A stretch of 54,999 bases of DNA, filler included, from Basidioascus undulatus (GCA_000826855.1; 5 parts of 5 records of this genome joined end to end with filler, not necessarily neighbours in it); one strand, 5' to 3'. Numbered from the whole stretch's first letter, positions 22,065-35,813 are shown. The notes: generated by a model not told the origin, from the sequence alone. Numbers and translations: made by a program.

Positions 22065-25000
22065 ACATGGTCCGGCACGTCCTGGCTTCTGCGTCCGCCC
22101 CCTCCCCCGCGCCGACTTCACCGAAGCCTCAGCCTAGGCCGCTACTCGACCGGCTCCCGCGGGGCATAGCGCTCTACGCGTCAGTCGGGTCGGTCGACGT
22201 CCTCCTCGCGGGCCTCGACCCGTCGCCCTCGAGTCCGCTCCTGCGCCTGACGCGGGGCGTCCGCCTCCGTACGCGCCTCGTAGCCGAGTACGCGTCCCTC
22301 GCGTCCCCGTCGTCCTCCGACCACACGCCGCGCATCCGCAGGCGGAACCTCCCCTTCGCGCAGCGCCCCTTGCTCGACCTGCCCGAGGACATCGTCGTCC
22401 AAGCCCTCTCCACCGCGGTCGAGCTCGAGAAGACCGGCGGCGACTCAGCAGTCGCCAAGCTCACCGTCGCCGACTTCATTCTCGCGCCCGTGCTGAACGC
22501 GTCGGAGGACGCGCAGACGGAGCTGGTGCGCGTGCACCGCCGCACATCGTCCCTCGACGCTGGCGGCGCCCCGTCGTCCAGGTCCGGTGCGCCCCAGCCC
22601 CGCGCGTGGGAGTACCAGGAGCGGACGTGGGGCGGCGCGGGAGAGCGCGAGCAGCAGAAGCGCGATATATTCTATGGGACGGGCGGGCACAAGCCGAGCG
22701 GCGCCCTCCCCAAGGGCAGGTCCGATAGGCACTACATCGTCCGTGTTCCGCAGGCCGCGGGGAGGCTAATGGTCCAGCGGAGGGAGGGCGAGCCCGCCGC
22801 CCAGACTGATGTCACGACGGAGGCGCATGCGCTGCTCGTCAGGTTCGACCTTGCCAGCGCGTACAGCGTCATGATCGCGCTAGATACCGCCAATGGACTC
22901 CTTCCCCCTCGCCCGGCCGCGCCGCGTCTGATTCCTAAGGAGCACGAGGTGGAGGAGCCGGAGGAGCCGGAGGAGCCGGAGGAGGATGAGCGGGGCGAGA
23001 AGCAGACGTTTGGTCTGCGCTGTGAGATCTCCGACATGCAGATCATCGCGCTCTTCCCGCTCGGCTCGCGGCTCTTCACGCGCCTGCGCCTCGTCGAGCT
23101 CCGGCACCTCCCCGCCTCGAGCGGCGGCATGTCCGCATCCTGGGAGTCACTGACGATCGCGACGCCGAGCCCGAAGGTTTCCGGGCTGTGGGACGAGCTC
23201 CTCCGCTTCCGGAACTGGACCGTCGGCGCTCCGCGCGGCGTGCACGTCCCCACCGGCGATGGCCCCGCGCAGCCCGTCCGCCTCGAGGGCGAGGGCGCCC
23301 GCGTGCGCTTCCCGCATGGGTTCGTGCTTGCGGATCTCGTGTTCGACGTCAAGTGCACGGCGAAGGCGGTCAAGCAGCTGGGGAGGGTGCTCAGGGGCGG
23401 GAGCCTCCATGCGCCTGAACCGGAGGCCGAGGGCCCCAAGCGCGTCCCCGCTGTGCAGCTCAAGGTCGGGATCGTTACGGTTGAGGCGCAGGACGACCCG
23501 ATCGGTGCGTTGCATTTTTGGGGCTTTCGGATGTTGGGCACACGCTGATGGATGCAAGTGGTGGGGACAGAGACCCGCCTCAACCTCATTTGGCGCGCGG
23601 GGAGCGAGGAGCAGCGCGGGCGGCTGGACCGGGACGCAGCGTTCGAGCGGAAAGTCGCCGCAATCCGAGCGGCAAAGAAGGACCCTCTGTTCGCGTCGAC
23701 GTACGCTGTGCCGGTGCTCGAGGCGCGCGAGCAGCTTGACCTGTACAACGCGGCAAGCTGGATCCGCCGTATCCGCGCGGCGAAGGAGGAGCAGCGGCGG
23801 CGTGAGGAGGACGTCGTGCGGCGGATCCAGGGCCGCTCGGCGCCGTACCGCCCCGAGCAGCGCAAGCCGCCCATCCACATGCTCCCGCCCGACCGCGCTG
23901 CCCCCCTGGTGCGCATGACCCTCCGCGCCGTCGACCTCGCCATCTCCGGGCCTAGCTTCCCTGTCTCCCACGTCCCCAAGTTCTTGCACGACTTCGCCGG
24001 CGGCGTACCCCACGATCAGGAGTACAGCCTCCTCATCCCCCTCCGGCTAAGGTGGGCGATGGCCTCCGCCAAGGTCACGCTCAGGGACTACCCCATCCCG
24101 CTCCTGCATATCCCTAGCGTGGACGGGACGGAGACCGCCACTGCGCCCGCGTGGGACCTCCAGACCGACCTCGTCATCTTCGAGGAGCTCAGCCCCGGCG
24201 GGGCGTCCACTCACTGGCACGACGTCCAGATCCTCCCGACCGGCGCGGGCCACCGGCACTCGCCGGAGATGGTCGTGCGCGTACCCAAGACCGTCATGCC
24301 CGTCAAGACCGCCACCAATCCGGTGTACGCCCTCGTTTTATCCCGAGAGTATGGGGTGGCTGCTGAGAGAAATATGGTGCGTGGGGGTACAGCATCAACG
24401 TCAAGAGCTCCCAGCCCGTTGTGGTGTTTACCCACGGCGCGTCGATCATGCCCGCCGTGCAGGATGTCCAGCGTGTTATCGAGTCGTTCACGCACCCGCC
24501 CTCGGACCCGTCTGAGCGCGTAGGGTGCGTTCGGTTGCGCTTTGACTTATCGGGGAAGTCTGGCAGACACTGACCGCTTTGTCGGCCGCATTCAGATTCT
24601 GGGACAAGGTACTTGTTGTGCATTAGGGTTGTGTAGGGCAGGCTGCTGACAACCCGATCTGCAGTTGCGCCTCGTCTGCCACTGGCACTGCCTCTTCAAC
24701 TTCACGGGGACGGGCGACGTGCAGGTCAACCTGAAGGGTAAGCTTCCTTCGCTCCAAGCTGCTCGAGCCGCGCGCTGACGCTCGACGCCTCGGCTTAAAG
24801 GCTCGCGCGACCCCTACGCCATCACTAGCAACGGCGCGGGCTTCGTGCTCTGCTTCCGCGGGAACGCCTCGCTGAGCATCGGCCTGCCGAACCCGGAGGA
24901 CGAGCTCGTCCAAGTGCGCGGCGACGAGCTCGTGATCGCGATTCCGGACCTCAAGCGGCACGTCGACATCGCCGCGCTCGGCACGCTCCGCCCGGGCGAG

Positions 25001-28000
25001 GCGCACGCGGGCATGCACCGCCACGTGCATGGCACCGATTCGCCCATCGATGCCGGCGAGGACGACGACCGATTTCAGAAGGTCTGCGCGAAGTTCCAGA
25101 ACGGCGTGCGCATGGGGTTCAGTTTCTTGTTCGAGAGGACGTGCGGCCCGGAGTGCGAGAAGTGCACCGCCAGTTCGTTCCAGTGCGTTGGCTCATTCGC
25201 TCTTTTCAGCGTCGTAATGAGGCTGACGAGGGTCAAACGTGTCTGCAGCCGCCAATGTCGTCTCTTCGACTTCAAGCCGCACTGGGAGGTCGCACTTTTG
25301 GCTGCGGAGCACGCCAAAGTCAAGCCTGGTATCGTACGCACTTAGCCTGCTGTTCGGTCGAGTCTGTCTTGTGATCAGGAGGTTGATTTTCGAGCTGCTT
25401 CATAGGCCTTTGACTCGTACAGCGGCTTCCGCAGCGACTTCATCCACTTCGGCCTCTCCGTCGTCTCGCCCACTCGTCCCGCGGACGGTCTCGGCTCGAC
25501 GGGTTACAACAGCATACACATGAGCCCGTACGCAACGGCGCACTTCTGGGCTTGGTGGCGACTGTTCGACGGCACGATGTCCCTTCCGATCCGGCAGGGC
25601 AAGATCTTCCCCAACGCGTGCGTCCTTTTTATGGTCCCGCTCAGTCGGACGATGCTGAACAATATTCTTTACTGCAGGCCTCCGCCATCGAAGAAGTTCG
25701 GCAAGCACCTCGCAACGATCGCGTACCGCTTCCAGCTCTCCCCGCTCTTCATCTCGCACGTCTACCGCATGGAGTTTGACCCGCACAGCCCGGAGCTGCG
25801 CTCGCTCCACCTTGGTGTCAAAGCGCGCATCGACTCGTTCCAGGTCGAGATGCACCAGCGCGATCAGGAGACGACCGTTCTCCAGAAGGAGACGGGCGAG
25901 CGCCGGACGATCCGCCACAAGCCCTTCTACGCCGTCCTCATTACGCTCACCGACAGCGAGATCCGCGCGATGTGCGCGCGTTTCGTCAACGGCAACCTGG
26001 ACGAGGTCGACCACGCGCGCGATCAGGAGGGCGACGAGTTCCCGGAGGACCAGATGCGCCCTGCTCCAGACCTCGCGCTCGAGATGCCTGACTGTGCGTT
26101 TTTTCCTGTTTCTTCGCGCGCGCGGTTGGGTTGGCCAGCTCACAGTAAGCGAATGCAGGGATCGACCTGGACGACTACGTCGACCTCTGCGCAGACGGCA
26201 AGCCGCGCGACTTCGCTCCGATGATGCGGCTCCTGCCCTGCGGAACCTGTCCGCGCTTCTCGTACTCGCGGCGCACTCGCGTCAAGCGAGAGGGCGGTCT
26301 GGGCGACGACGGCGCGGAGCCGGAGATCAGCAAGTTCGGGTCGGAAGACGTCGTGGCGCATGACTTGCGTAAGTTGCTGTTCCCCGGCAGGCGCCGCGTA
26401 GCTTGATTGCTTACGTCGGTTGTATGAGCAGATCCGATCACGGTGCAGAAGCAGCTTGCGCAGGCGAGGGCGGAGGAGCTGCGCGCCGCGTTGGAACGCC
26501 TTGCCGAAGGGGGTTCCGCAGAATCCTCGACGTCCTCATTGGTGTGTACCCACCTTGTCGCAACACCTCAACTCTGCGCTGATACTTGCGCGAATACCTC
26601 GCAGCCAAGCGACGACATGAACGAGGACAGCGATGCCAGCCTGCGCCGCAAGCTTGAGCTTCTCGAGGCGTACATCCGCCATCTCATCCAGGCGGAGCGC
26701 AACGTCCAGCGCGGCCTTGCACCGCCCGAAGAGGGCTATGGCTCGAACCAGGAAGACATCCACGGCCGCTACCGCTTGCCGTTCTCCGTAGCCGGGGTAC
26801 GTATATCCTCGTTTATATTCGATACACAAGCCGAACTAACGCTCGACTTGTTGTCAGTTCTACGAGAAGCTCGAGAGCTTCGACAACCGGTACTTCTGCC
26901 ACAACCCCACCATCTTCATATCCAACTCCGTCCGCAACATCCTTCTTCGGTACTACCAGGCGTCCCGTCTGCGTCGCGGGTCAGAGTACCAGCTTGCGGC
27001 TCGGTGAGTCAAAAGCGAGTGTGGCGCGCGTACGGATTACTGAGCATGCGGTTCAACATTTACAGGGCCGTCCATTTCATCCGGAACCTCGTCAATACCG
27101 AAGACCACCCGCAAGCTCGTCGCTCGCGCAGCCACCGCCACTTCCCGAGCCAGGGCGACCCCGAGGCTGTCCGCCGCCTCGTCAACATGCTCTCGAACGG
27201 GGGCGGCAATGACCGCACGGGCGAGCACGTCGTTACCGACGCGGACGTCGACGCGGCTGAGGAAGGGCTCCCGGTTCCGGGCCCCGACCAGGTGCCGGAC
27301 CCGCGCGAAGGGCTCTCGGACGAGGGCTTCTCCGTCAAGGAGTCACACGCGGTCGTCCTGATGAAGCCGCAGATCGCGTGTCGCAGTGAGCTCGACGACG
27401 ACTCCGTCATCGTCCTTGCGGCCGTGCACGCTCGGCTGCAGACGTACTCGGTTCGCGACGAGACGGTGCGCGAGGATCCGATCAACTCGGTCGTCATGCA
27501 CCGGTGCGTCCTCTTTCCTACTCCTTCCTTACGATTTCACCACAAGCTGACACTGTTGCTCAGCAACTACGTCAACCTTGACGGCCTGCAAGCGTTCTTC
27601 CCGAAGGCGCACCGCACCGAGCCGGCGACCGGCCTCGGGCAGGACTACGTCCCGCTGGAGACACTCATTGACCTCCGCTTCGAGTCGCAGATCTTCGACC
27701 GCTTGGTCCCACAGACCAGCGCGACGCTCCGTTACGACAAGTTCAACACGGTGCGCTTTGTTGTCCGCCGCCGACTATGGCTGCATAGCTGATATGCGTC
27801 TTCTCTGCACAGCTGCGGATGCACCGGACGTTCCGCCCGGTTGCCAACCTCGACGGGAAGGAGCTCACGCACAACGGACATTTGCGGCATTACATGGTAA
27901 GCGCAGCGCTTAACGTCTATTGCAGCAGGCATCTGACAAAACGATGGACTGCAGGACTTGATCAAAGTCAACGTTCCGCGCTTCTCCGTCTCGGCAAGCT

Positions 28001-30624
28001 CCACTCACTTCGCGGCGCTGTACAACGTCGTTACGGACCTGCTGCTGGTGCGCTCTTTGCCTGAAGCCTGTGTTTCCAGATGAGGATGTGGCTGACCCGT
28101 GGGATGATCTGCAGTATCGTGACCCGCACATTCGCGAGCGCAGTCTGAAGCTCGCGACGTTCGTCTACTCGTACGATTTCCACAACCTGCAAGGTAAGCT
28201 GGGAGCGCTTTCGTAACCGGTCCTATTGACGCACGAACTGACGTTCGGTATTCAGGGATGGCGGATGTTGTCGAGTCGCTGCAAGACCGCATCCGGTCCC
28301 TGCACGAGCTGCGCGTGCAGTACGACCTGCACGCCGACGTCCTCACCGAGTCGGACCAGAAGCAGCTCACGGACCTTCGCATCGAGCTGCACGAGCTCAC
28401 CGAGGAGCTGAGCCTCATCTTCGACGCGATCAACCAGGAGGCGTCCGACCAGGCGAACAAGGCCAAGAAGCCCGCGACGCTGTTCGAGGTCCGTGCGTCC
28501 GAGCTGGGCTGGCACATGCGCGCGCAGGACGATGCACTGCTAGCTAAGCTCACCGCCAAGGGTGGGTTGACTGCTTTCAATCTATCTCGGTCAGGTTGTG
28601 CTGATACGAGGGCATTGCGGCAGGCGTCCGGACGTCGTGGCTCAACAACAGCGACAACTCGACGCTCAACACGATCGTGCTCCAGGACTTCTCGGCGCTC
28701 GACAGCACGCCGGACGCGCTCTTCTCGGAGATCATCACGAAGTACAACCCGAGCAAGATGATCAGCTTGCAGTACCGCCCTCCGAAGGTCCGTCTCCGCA
28801 TCTCGTTTTATATGATTCTGGGAAAGGGCGTTGACGCCGCTTCTGCAGAACATCCCCTTCGTCCGCGTGAGCTGGAGCTTGCTGGCTCCCGTCGGCGGCA
28901 TCTCTGTATGTGTCTTTCCCCAACCTGAACAAGACGCCCTCCGCTGAACTGCGACTCCGCTTCAGATCGTCAACTCCTTCGACCTCGAGCTCGCGCCGAT
29001 CAAGGTGCAGATCGAGAAGTCGATCGGCCGTCGCCTAATGGCGTACGTCTTCGCGGACCGCCAAGCGCGGCGAGAACTGCAGTTCTCGTCAGCGCAGCAA
29101 GCGGACGAGTACCCCGCGTCCTCCTCCGCGCCGAGCGTGCGGAGCGGCAAGAGCGGCAAGAGCGGTCGGAGCGCCCTCGACCGGCCGGAGCGCCCGCGCC
29201 GCGTCTCGCACGAGTCGGCGTCGCACTTGAGCGTCAGGAGCGCGGGCGGTGCGGGCGGGATAGGAAGGCTCAGGAGGGTTGCGTCGAGCGATACGCTCTC
29301 GAGGGTTAGGCATGAGCAGAGTAAGGACGCGGTGGAGATGCGCATGAGGGCGTCGTCGAATCGGACTTTCGTGTACGTTGCTGCGTTGAGGAAGTCGCTT
29401 TGCGCTAAGCACTGATGTTGGGTGGGGCTTTTCGCAGATACGTCAAGGCGCACCCGACTACGTACGTCTCCCTTCTCCACCCACGAAAGACTCGGCCAGA
29501 ACGCTGACGCTTCTTCTGCAGAGTCATCCTAACGTACAAGAGGTAAACTGCAGCCGCCTTCTGCATTTCGACTTCCGATGCTTATCGCATGCACACCCAC
29601 AGCGATCGGAGCTCCAAAAGCCTGCTCGACCTCTACGACCTCGCGTTCGCGTCGCCGACGATCCAGTATACCAATCTTGTGGGCTCGTTCGAAGGTGCGT
29701 CTTTTTGTAATTGAACATGCTCAAGTGCGGTACTGACGCGGTGATCGATTGTCTTTGCAGATCTCTTCCGTGCGCTCGGTCGGTTGCAATCATCACGATA
29801 TCAAGCTTACCTGTTCCTCTCTACAGAACGACTGAAGAAGGACCTTCTCCGTTCCGCCTGGTACGCTTTAGTGACCGACAATCACCATCGCTGCTTTTGG
29901 CTAACTCCCGTTCGCCCGTATACGCAGGAGCCAGAAGGGCAAGCTCCTTCACGGCATCCTAGTCAAGAAGAAGAAGATCGAAGAGCGCGTCAAGTCGACC
30001 TCTGGCTCCTCGGCATTCGGGCACGCCCCCGGCCCGTCGTTCTCCTCCTTCCGCTCCTCCTCCGTCTCATCCCAGTCCGGAGCCCCCTCGTTCCCGACCG
30101 TCGACTCCCCGCCCCCCTCTACGTTCTCCCGCTCCACAACGTCCCTTCGTTCGCCCTCGGCACTCGCAGACTCGGACGAGGAGGAGGGGGTGGAGCACTT
30201 GCAGGGCAGCAACGGCAGTGGCGGAGGCGGGTCGAGGAGGTCCAGGCTCGCGAGGCTTCATCTTGGGAGTCCTTCCGGGTCGAGCAGGAGCAGTCTTGGC
30301 CGGGGCGGAAGCGCCGAGCCGGAATCCTCGGGGAGCGGGAGCGGGAGCGTGAGTGATCCCTTCCTTCTTTGCTATTTTTCATCTGCTGGCGTTTGCTCAC
30401 ATCCCGGCATTCTGCACCCACAGACAAGTTCCCTCCCTCCCCGTACGCACGCGCACGACCCCGCGTCGAACGCGACGCTCCGCCCGACGGCCACGCCGAC
30501 GCCCAGGGCCGTCTCGGAGGCGGAGAAGCGGCGCTTGCTGCTTGGATCGCTCGACACGTCCCCGCCGAGGCAGTCGTCCTCTGGCTCGCGGGCCTCGCGC
30601 AATTCGCCGGCGCCGTCGCTGTGA
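22065..30624 (+). CDS. FMP27: Fmp27/Hobbit/BLTP2 (KIAA0100/SABRE) bridge-like lipid transfer protein, 5'-partial, many introns
   Basis: Motifs YNAASWIRRI, VTLRDYPIPLL, DPSERVG|FWDK|LRL (GFWDK), KGSRDPY, GFRSDFIH, HFWAWWRLFDGTMSLPIRQGKIF, SKKFGKHLATI, LYNVVTDLLL (Apt1-like region); Ser-rich C-terminus to TGA 30624. Confidence 0.9.
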
Positions 30625-31228
30625 TGCCCCTTTCCCTTTCGCCCACATTACGATCATTCCCTCCCTTCACACTTTCACGACATCCCAATCATACCTTCTT
30701 TTCTTCTTCCTTTCGCGCGCTTCACTTCGATATGGTACATGCGGGTTCATCCCTTCGCTTTCATGCTTTCGTGCATACCCTACCCTACACTCGCTGCCAT
30801 ACCCACCCAGCAGCCCTTCGTTTATATCGTTCGCTATGTCGTTCACCTTATTGTTGTACTGGCTTGATGGTTTCTTGGCTCTCGCAGCACTATTTGCACA
30901 TGCACAACCGATAGATCTAGACTGCATCCGTTGCTGAGGGGTGATGACTTGACTGTGCTGAACGAATGCCCTCGCTGTCTCCCTGTGTTCGAGCCGTACA
31001 CCTCCCTTCGCACGTTCTCTTGACCGTCTGTTCTGTGCGTCTATCAATAGGCAACTATCCTGCCCGCTTTTGATTGTACAAGTTATTCCAGGCTGCGAAC
31101 GCAGTGCCAGTGTCACGTGCAACGATTGCTGAGCCCAGGGAGGGCGTCATCGCGCACCCTGCTGCCCCTTCCTCCTGCCCTTTACGCTCATCTCGCCATC
31201 TCCACCGTCGTGCAGTCCATCGCCAGCG

Positions 31229-32982
31229 ATGAGCCACGGCAGCGAGCCGTCTGAGATTGCGAGCCCGATATCGCGGCTGTCGCTCTCCGATTCCAATCCG
31301 ACCGCATCCTCACCCGTCGGCAAGTCCCTTCCGCCCCTGCCCCCGCCCGACGCAGACGCCGACAACGCCCCAGCTTCATCCTCCCCAGAAGACGACACTC
31401 CCAGACCAAAGAGCACAGCCCTCTCCAACTCCTCTTCGCGCTCCTCATCCCTCTCCCATGCCTCTGCACCCCCAACTCGTCCCCCGCCGCCCCCGCCCTC
31501 CACATCCGCAACCGCACCCTCCCCGCCCGAGATCCGCGCAGTCCCGACCGTCTCAGGCGTGACCGCGCTCAAGGAGGTCTCGCTCGACGCGCTCAGAGCA
31601 AAGCTCGCACCCGCCGACCAACCCTGGGCGCTCAGCCCGCTCAGGGCACACTACCTCAAGAAGCAGCTCATCGGCATGCAGTTCGCCGCCGAGCTTGACC
31701 TCCTCGCCCGCCCTGATGCGCTCTCCTTCTTTGGCCCGCCGTTCAAGCCCGCCAAGTCGGGCGACGGTAGGAGAGCCGAGCCGCTTGACTTGCCGTTTCT
31801 GCGGTTCATATTCCATCAGGTGCGTGGGCTTGTTTATCTCGGCACGCTGGGAGAGAGATTGAAGAGCTGACAGTGTGAGAGGGGGTAATAGTTCGTCCTC
31901 ACCTTCCCTTTCCTCACCGCCGCGCCCCAGAACTTTTGGGCGGACAAGGTCCAAGTGTTCCTGCACAACTTTCTCGAACGCAACCTCGCGACGACGGGCG
32001 ACGAGGAGGAGGAGGGCAAGCGCCAGGCGATGCGCGCCAAAGTCGAGAAGCACCTCGCGCTCATGCTCGGCGCCGGCGTCAAGGTCGACGGTGGCGAGGA
32101 GGTCGTGCAGGTTGAGCAGTCCGACCTGCGGCGCATGGACGAGGAGCGCGCGAGGGCGAGCGAGCGCGCGAGGCTCAGGAACGGCACGGCGATCGATATC
32201 AACATCGTTACGGTCCGGTCGGTCGTGACCAAGGGGAAGGTTAGGCATAGGGCTCATGAGGTGCGTTTGGGGTGTGGTTCGGCATGGTGGTTTAGGCGGA
32301 GGAACTGACGAGTTTCCCGCACGCAGGAGTTCATCATCCGGACGAGGACGACGCACGGCGACGGCCCGCCGGAAGACGTTTATGTCTCTCGGCGGTACGG
32401 CGACTTCAAGCGTCTGGCGGACGAGGTGCGCCTTCATATCCTCTCACATCCTTCGAAGCTCATCCCGCATTGGGAACAGCTCCGGCGCGAGTTCCCCGAA
32501 GAAGAAGTCCGCCCTCCCCCAAGCAAAGACAAGTCCTCCTCGACCTCTCAGGCGGCCGAGCCCGACTCCCCCGCGCCGTCCATCAACTCGACCGACGACA
32601 CCCCCACCACCTCGCCCACCACCACCTCCGGCTGGTCCTCCTGGTACTACTCCACCTCCATCTCCGCTCCTCCTCCAGCCCCTCCCGAGCCGACCTCCTC
32701 CCTCGCGCGGGAAAAGAACCGCCTGACCCTGCGCGCCTACCTCCGCGCGTTCCTCTCCTCCCGCGCCATCTCGAACAGCTCGACCCTCCGCGGGTTCCTC
32801 CTCGCGGACCCGACCGCGCTGAGCCGCGAAGAGGCCGAGGATGTAAGGAGGAGGGAGGAGATGGACCGCGTGCGGGAGGAGGGCCGGGCGCGGTTCCAGA
32901 GGGAGATGGAGAGGAGGGCGGAGGAGGTCATGAGCTCTGTCAGAAAGTTCAAGGAGAATCTGGTACAGCGCGGTGAGTGGCG
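31229..32982 (+). CDS. PX-domain protein of the Ypr097w/Lec1 family (5' part; truncated by contig end)
   Basis: LRAHYLKKQLI..ELDLL..FGPPF..LPFLRFIFHQFVLTFPFL..FWADKVQVFL; PX core DINIVTVR..EFIIRTR..YVSRRYGDFKRLADELRREFP..PPPSKDK; LAREKNRLTLRAYLRAFL. Confidence 0.85.
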
Positions 32983-33082
32983 NNNNNNNNNNNNNNNNNN
33001 NNNNNNNNNNNNNNNNNNNNNNNNNNTTAATTAATTAANNNNNNNNNNNNNNNNNNNNNNNNNNNNNNNNNNNNNNNNNNNN
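32983..33082. other. Artificial contig spacer
   Basis: 44 N + TTAATTAATTAA + 44 N. Confidence 0.99.
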
Positions 33083-33906
33083 GTTGAGGAAGTAGGGGAG
33101 GTAGGCCGAGGGGATCTTGGCAAATTCGAGAAGGGGCAGACGGGCGCGGGAGAGGATATAAGAGGGGCGGGACGAGAGCGGGAGGCAGCTGAGGACTTGT
33201 TGGGTGGAGGTTTGGAGCGCGGAGAGGAATGTTTGGAGGGTCGGCGTCGGGAGGAGCGAAAAAACCGTGGACTTGAGGTCGGGTCGTTGAGTTAGGAGGG
33301 ATGTGAGGAGAGGGAGAAGAGATGCCGGAGGGAGGGATGCTGGAGGTGGACAAAGGCAACGTCAGTTCACCACACCGAGTGGCCAACAGATCCGCCCCCA
33401 ACTGTCCCCTTCCATCCTAAGTTCCGTGCACCGCAAGACAGTAGTACTCACCAAGTAGTACTCCCAGATCCTGTCCTTCCTCCTCCTTCTTCTCACTCTC
33501 GCCGCCGTGCGGATGACCCGCCTGGGCAGAAGACGGCACTGCCGTCTTGACCCTCTTCCCGCCCCTGATGGCCCTCTCGTCCACCCGACTCCTCTCCCGC
33601 TCCCGCTCCGCTTCGTCCTCCTGGTCCATGTCCTCATCCTCCTCGCGCTTGCGGGCCTGCTTCACACGGCTCGGCGTCGGGGCCTGGGACGGCGTCCGTG
33701 CAGGCGAGGACGGCGCGGAGAGGCCGAATCCGAAGCCAAATCCGAGCGGGGAGGGCGCATGCGGGAGATTGGAGGGAAATGGGATGGATGGCGGCCGCGG
33801 GGTAGGGGAGGGAGAGAACGGCGGGAGGGTGGCCCTGTGGGATCAGAATCTGGGCGTCAGCTCGACAACCAGCAGGGATCACGACCAGGCCTCCCGTTAC
33901 ATACAT
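33083..33906 (-). CDS. STS1: Nuclear proteasome tether Cut8/Sts1 (5' part; truncated by contig end)
   Basis: Spliced reading MATLPP..SPLGFGFGFG..RKRE..RAIRGGKRVKT (bipartite NLS-like)..DLGVLLA|SLPPASLLPLLTSLLTQRPDLKSTVFSLLPTPTLQ..SYILSRARLPLLEF..AYLPYF, matching my recollection of basidiomycete Cut8/Sts1. Confidence 0.75.
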
Positions 33907-34588
33907 TATGGGCGGTACAGAAAGCAAAACTGATGTCGTTACAGGACGTTACAGCAGTGCAAAGCGGTGTATGGTGAACTGCGGGGAGTGTGTAGGTGAT
34001 GGTTTATGGAGAGTTTGGGAGGGAGTTGAGGGAGAGGTCGCCGCGCGTTTATGGTTAGGTTAATACCCCTTGACTACTGTACCTTACGACTGTTTCTCCA
34101 GCCTCCCTTTTCCGCTTTCATCAACACAAAGCACGTATTTTAAGACATATTTTGAGATGATGGGAAGACCTTCATCACAAGAAGAAGGGCAGTGGCTCTC
34201 CTCGAGGCAGAGCCGGTCGCCACCGCTGTGACTTCACCTCTGATAGTTCATGCTGTTTTCAACACGCACTGACGAGGATCAATCCTGAAAATGGTAGATG
34301 ACCTGCAGTGCCCATCATATGCCTTACCATCGATGATTTGCCGTGGCCTGCTGACCTGCAGCCCGCAGGCCAGGAAGAGAAGAGATAAAGGGGAGCCCGG
34401 CTGGGTACGCCTGCAGCCACGGCGACAAACGAAGGAGCATCACATTTTCGCTCCTGCCTTCGACAAAGGAGACATCGCCATCTCGCTCTCGCCTTCCATC
34501 GAAACGGAAATATCCCCTTCTCGCTCTTCCCTTCTCTCTCTTGCCTTCGTTCCACTCCCTCAGACCTCGCCCGCTCACACTTGCTCAC

Positions 34589-35676
34589 ATGCTCGTTTCT
34601 TTCCGATCGTTTGTTCGGCCGCGAGTAATCTCGCTCTACCGCGCTCCCCATTGCTTCTCTCAGCGCGGCTCTATTCTTCTCAGCCCTCTTCGGGAACGAA
34701 GCCTTCTGGAGAGCCAGCTTCGTCAACATGGCAGGGTGCTAAGCGTCCGAAGGAGTCTGCAGCAAGTGCCCTTCCTTCCCGGACCCATGAAGCGGAAGCT
34801 TACCTCCTTGTTACCTCAACCGTCAACGTGCAGGGCCGAATACAGCGCTCTGAAAGAGAGGCGAGGTCCCCGTTATGTTTGTTCCATCGGTTCACTGACA
34901 GTTGAGCCCTCACGTTCTCAGGAGTCAAGGCTGCAGACTTCCGTACGCCGCGCAACCGCAAGGCTCGGCGTTGCTGTCGACTCGCCAGAGTACCGACGCT
35001 TCATCGAGCAGCGGGATGAGCTCGTTGCCCCCAGAGTCCTTCCAGTGTCGTTCGGCGAAGGCAGCGCAGGTAGCTGGGACTTTCTTCGAAGCACACTTGC
35101 GCGCCGGTGCCAGGAGAAATTGCTCCGCCTATTCAGCATGGCCGATGACAGGCAACTGACACATGGGGTTCGTAACCATTTCTTCAGCTGGCCCGAGGAA
35201 GCGTGAGGAACGTATACTAAGTGACTATGTGTTGAACAGCCGAAAAAGGAGCCTCGGAAGGTCCTCCCAAGAGGGATCAAGGTCGGTATTGACAATTCCT
35301 CGCAGTGAGACTGCGTTGACAGAACAGTTTGCCCGGACTACTGACAGGGCCCCTCCGACTGGCTTGCGAAGCGCGGATGGGAGCAGCGCGGCTGGAAGCC
35401 TGAATGGAGCGTGGCGATTCAGAGCAGCTGGGCCGAGAGACAATCGATGTGGTACCGGCTCCCGACTCCTTTACAGCAGGATATTGCCTTTTCCTTGGTA
35501 TACGGGGAGGTGCAACTGGTACGTCGGAGAAGTCGAAGCCATATATGTTCATGCAGGCCGGTTTCGTCATTTGCGAGCCTCGCGCAGGTTTGACAAACCA
35601 GCGACACGAATGTCACCCTTCGTTTGAAAGCCACACCAATGCTTCTCCCGACGAAGCACGATACAGCAATATATGA
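34589..35676 (+). CDS. Hypothetical protein (Arg/Ser-rich N-terminus, possibly organelle-targeted; possibly disrupted)
   Basis: ATG 34589 MLVSFRSFVRPRVISLYR; ORFs 34541-35206, 35163-35627 and 35404-35676 in changing frames; no recognisable domain. Confidence 0.25.
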
Positions 35677-35813
35677 AAGCTGACTTCACTGGCTTCGCTC
35701 TTTAGCAAGCAGTATCGACAACCAGAGGTTCCTCAAAAGACAGATAGCTCCACGCAGAGACAAGCCGCAAGCTGTGAGTGGCGTGTCATTTCATTCTAGC
35801 TGAAGCCACTCTA

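Noticed and set aside
22952..22990. GAGGAGCCG tandem repeat
   Set aside because: Short coding repeat (EEP)n inside FMP27.
22732..23979. Long antisense ORFs (415 aa here; also 46953-47951, 31553-32437, 28005-28901)
   Set aside because: Shadow ORFs opposite GC-rich, codon-biased real genes; no domain signal.
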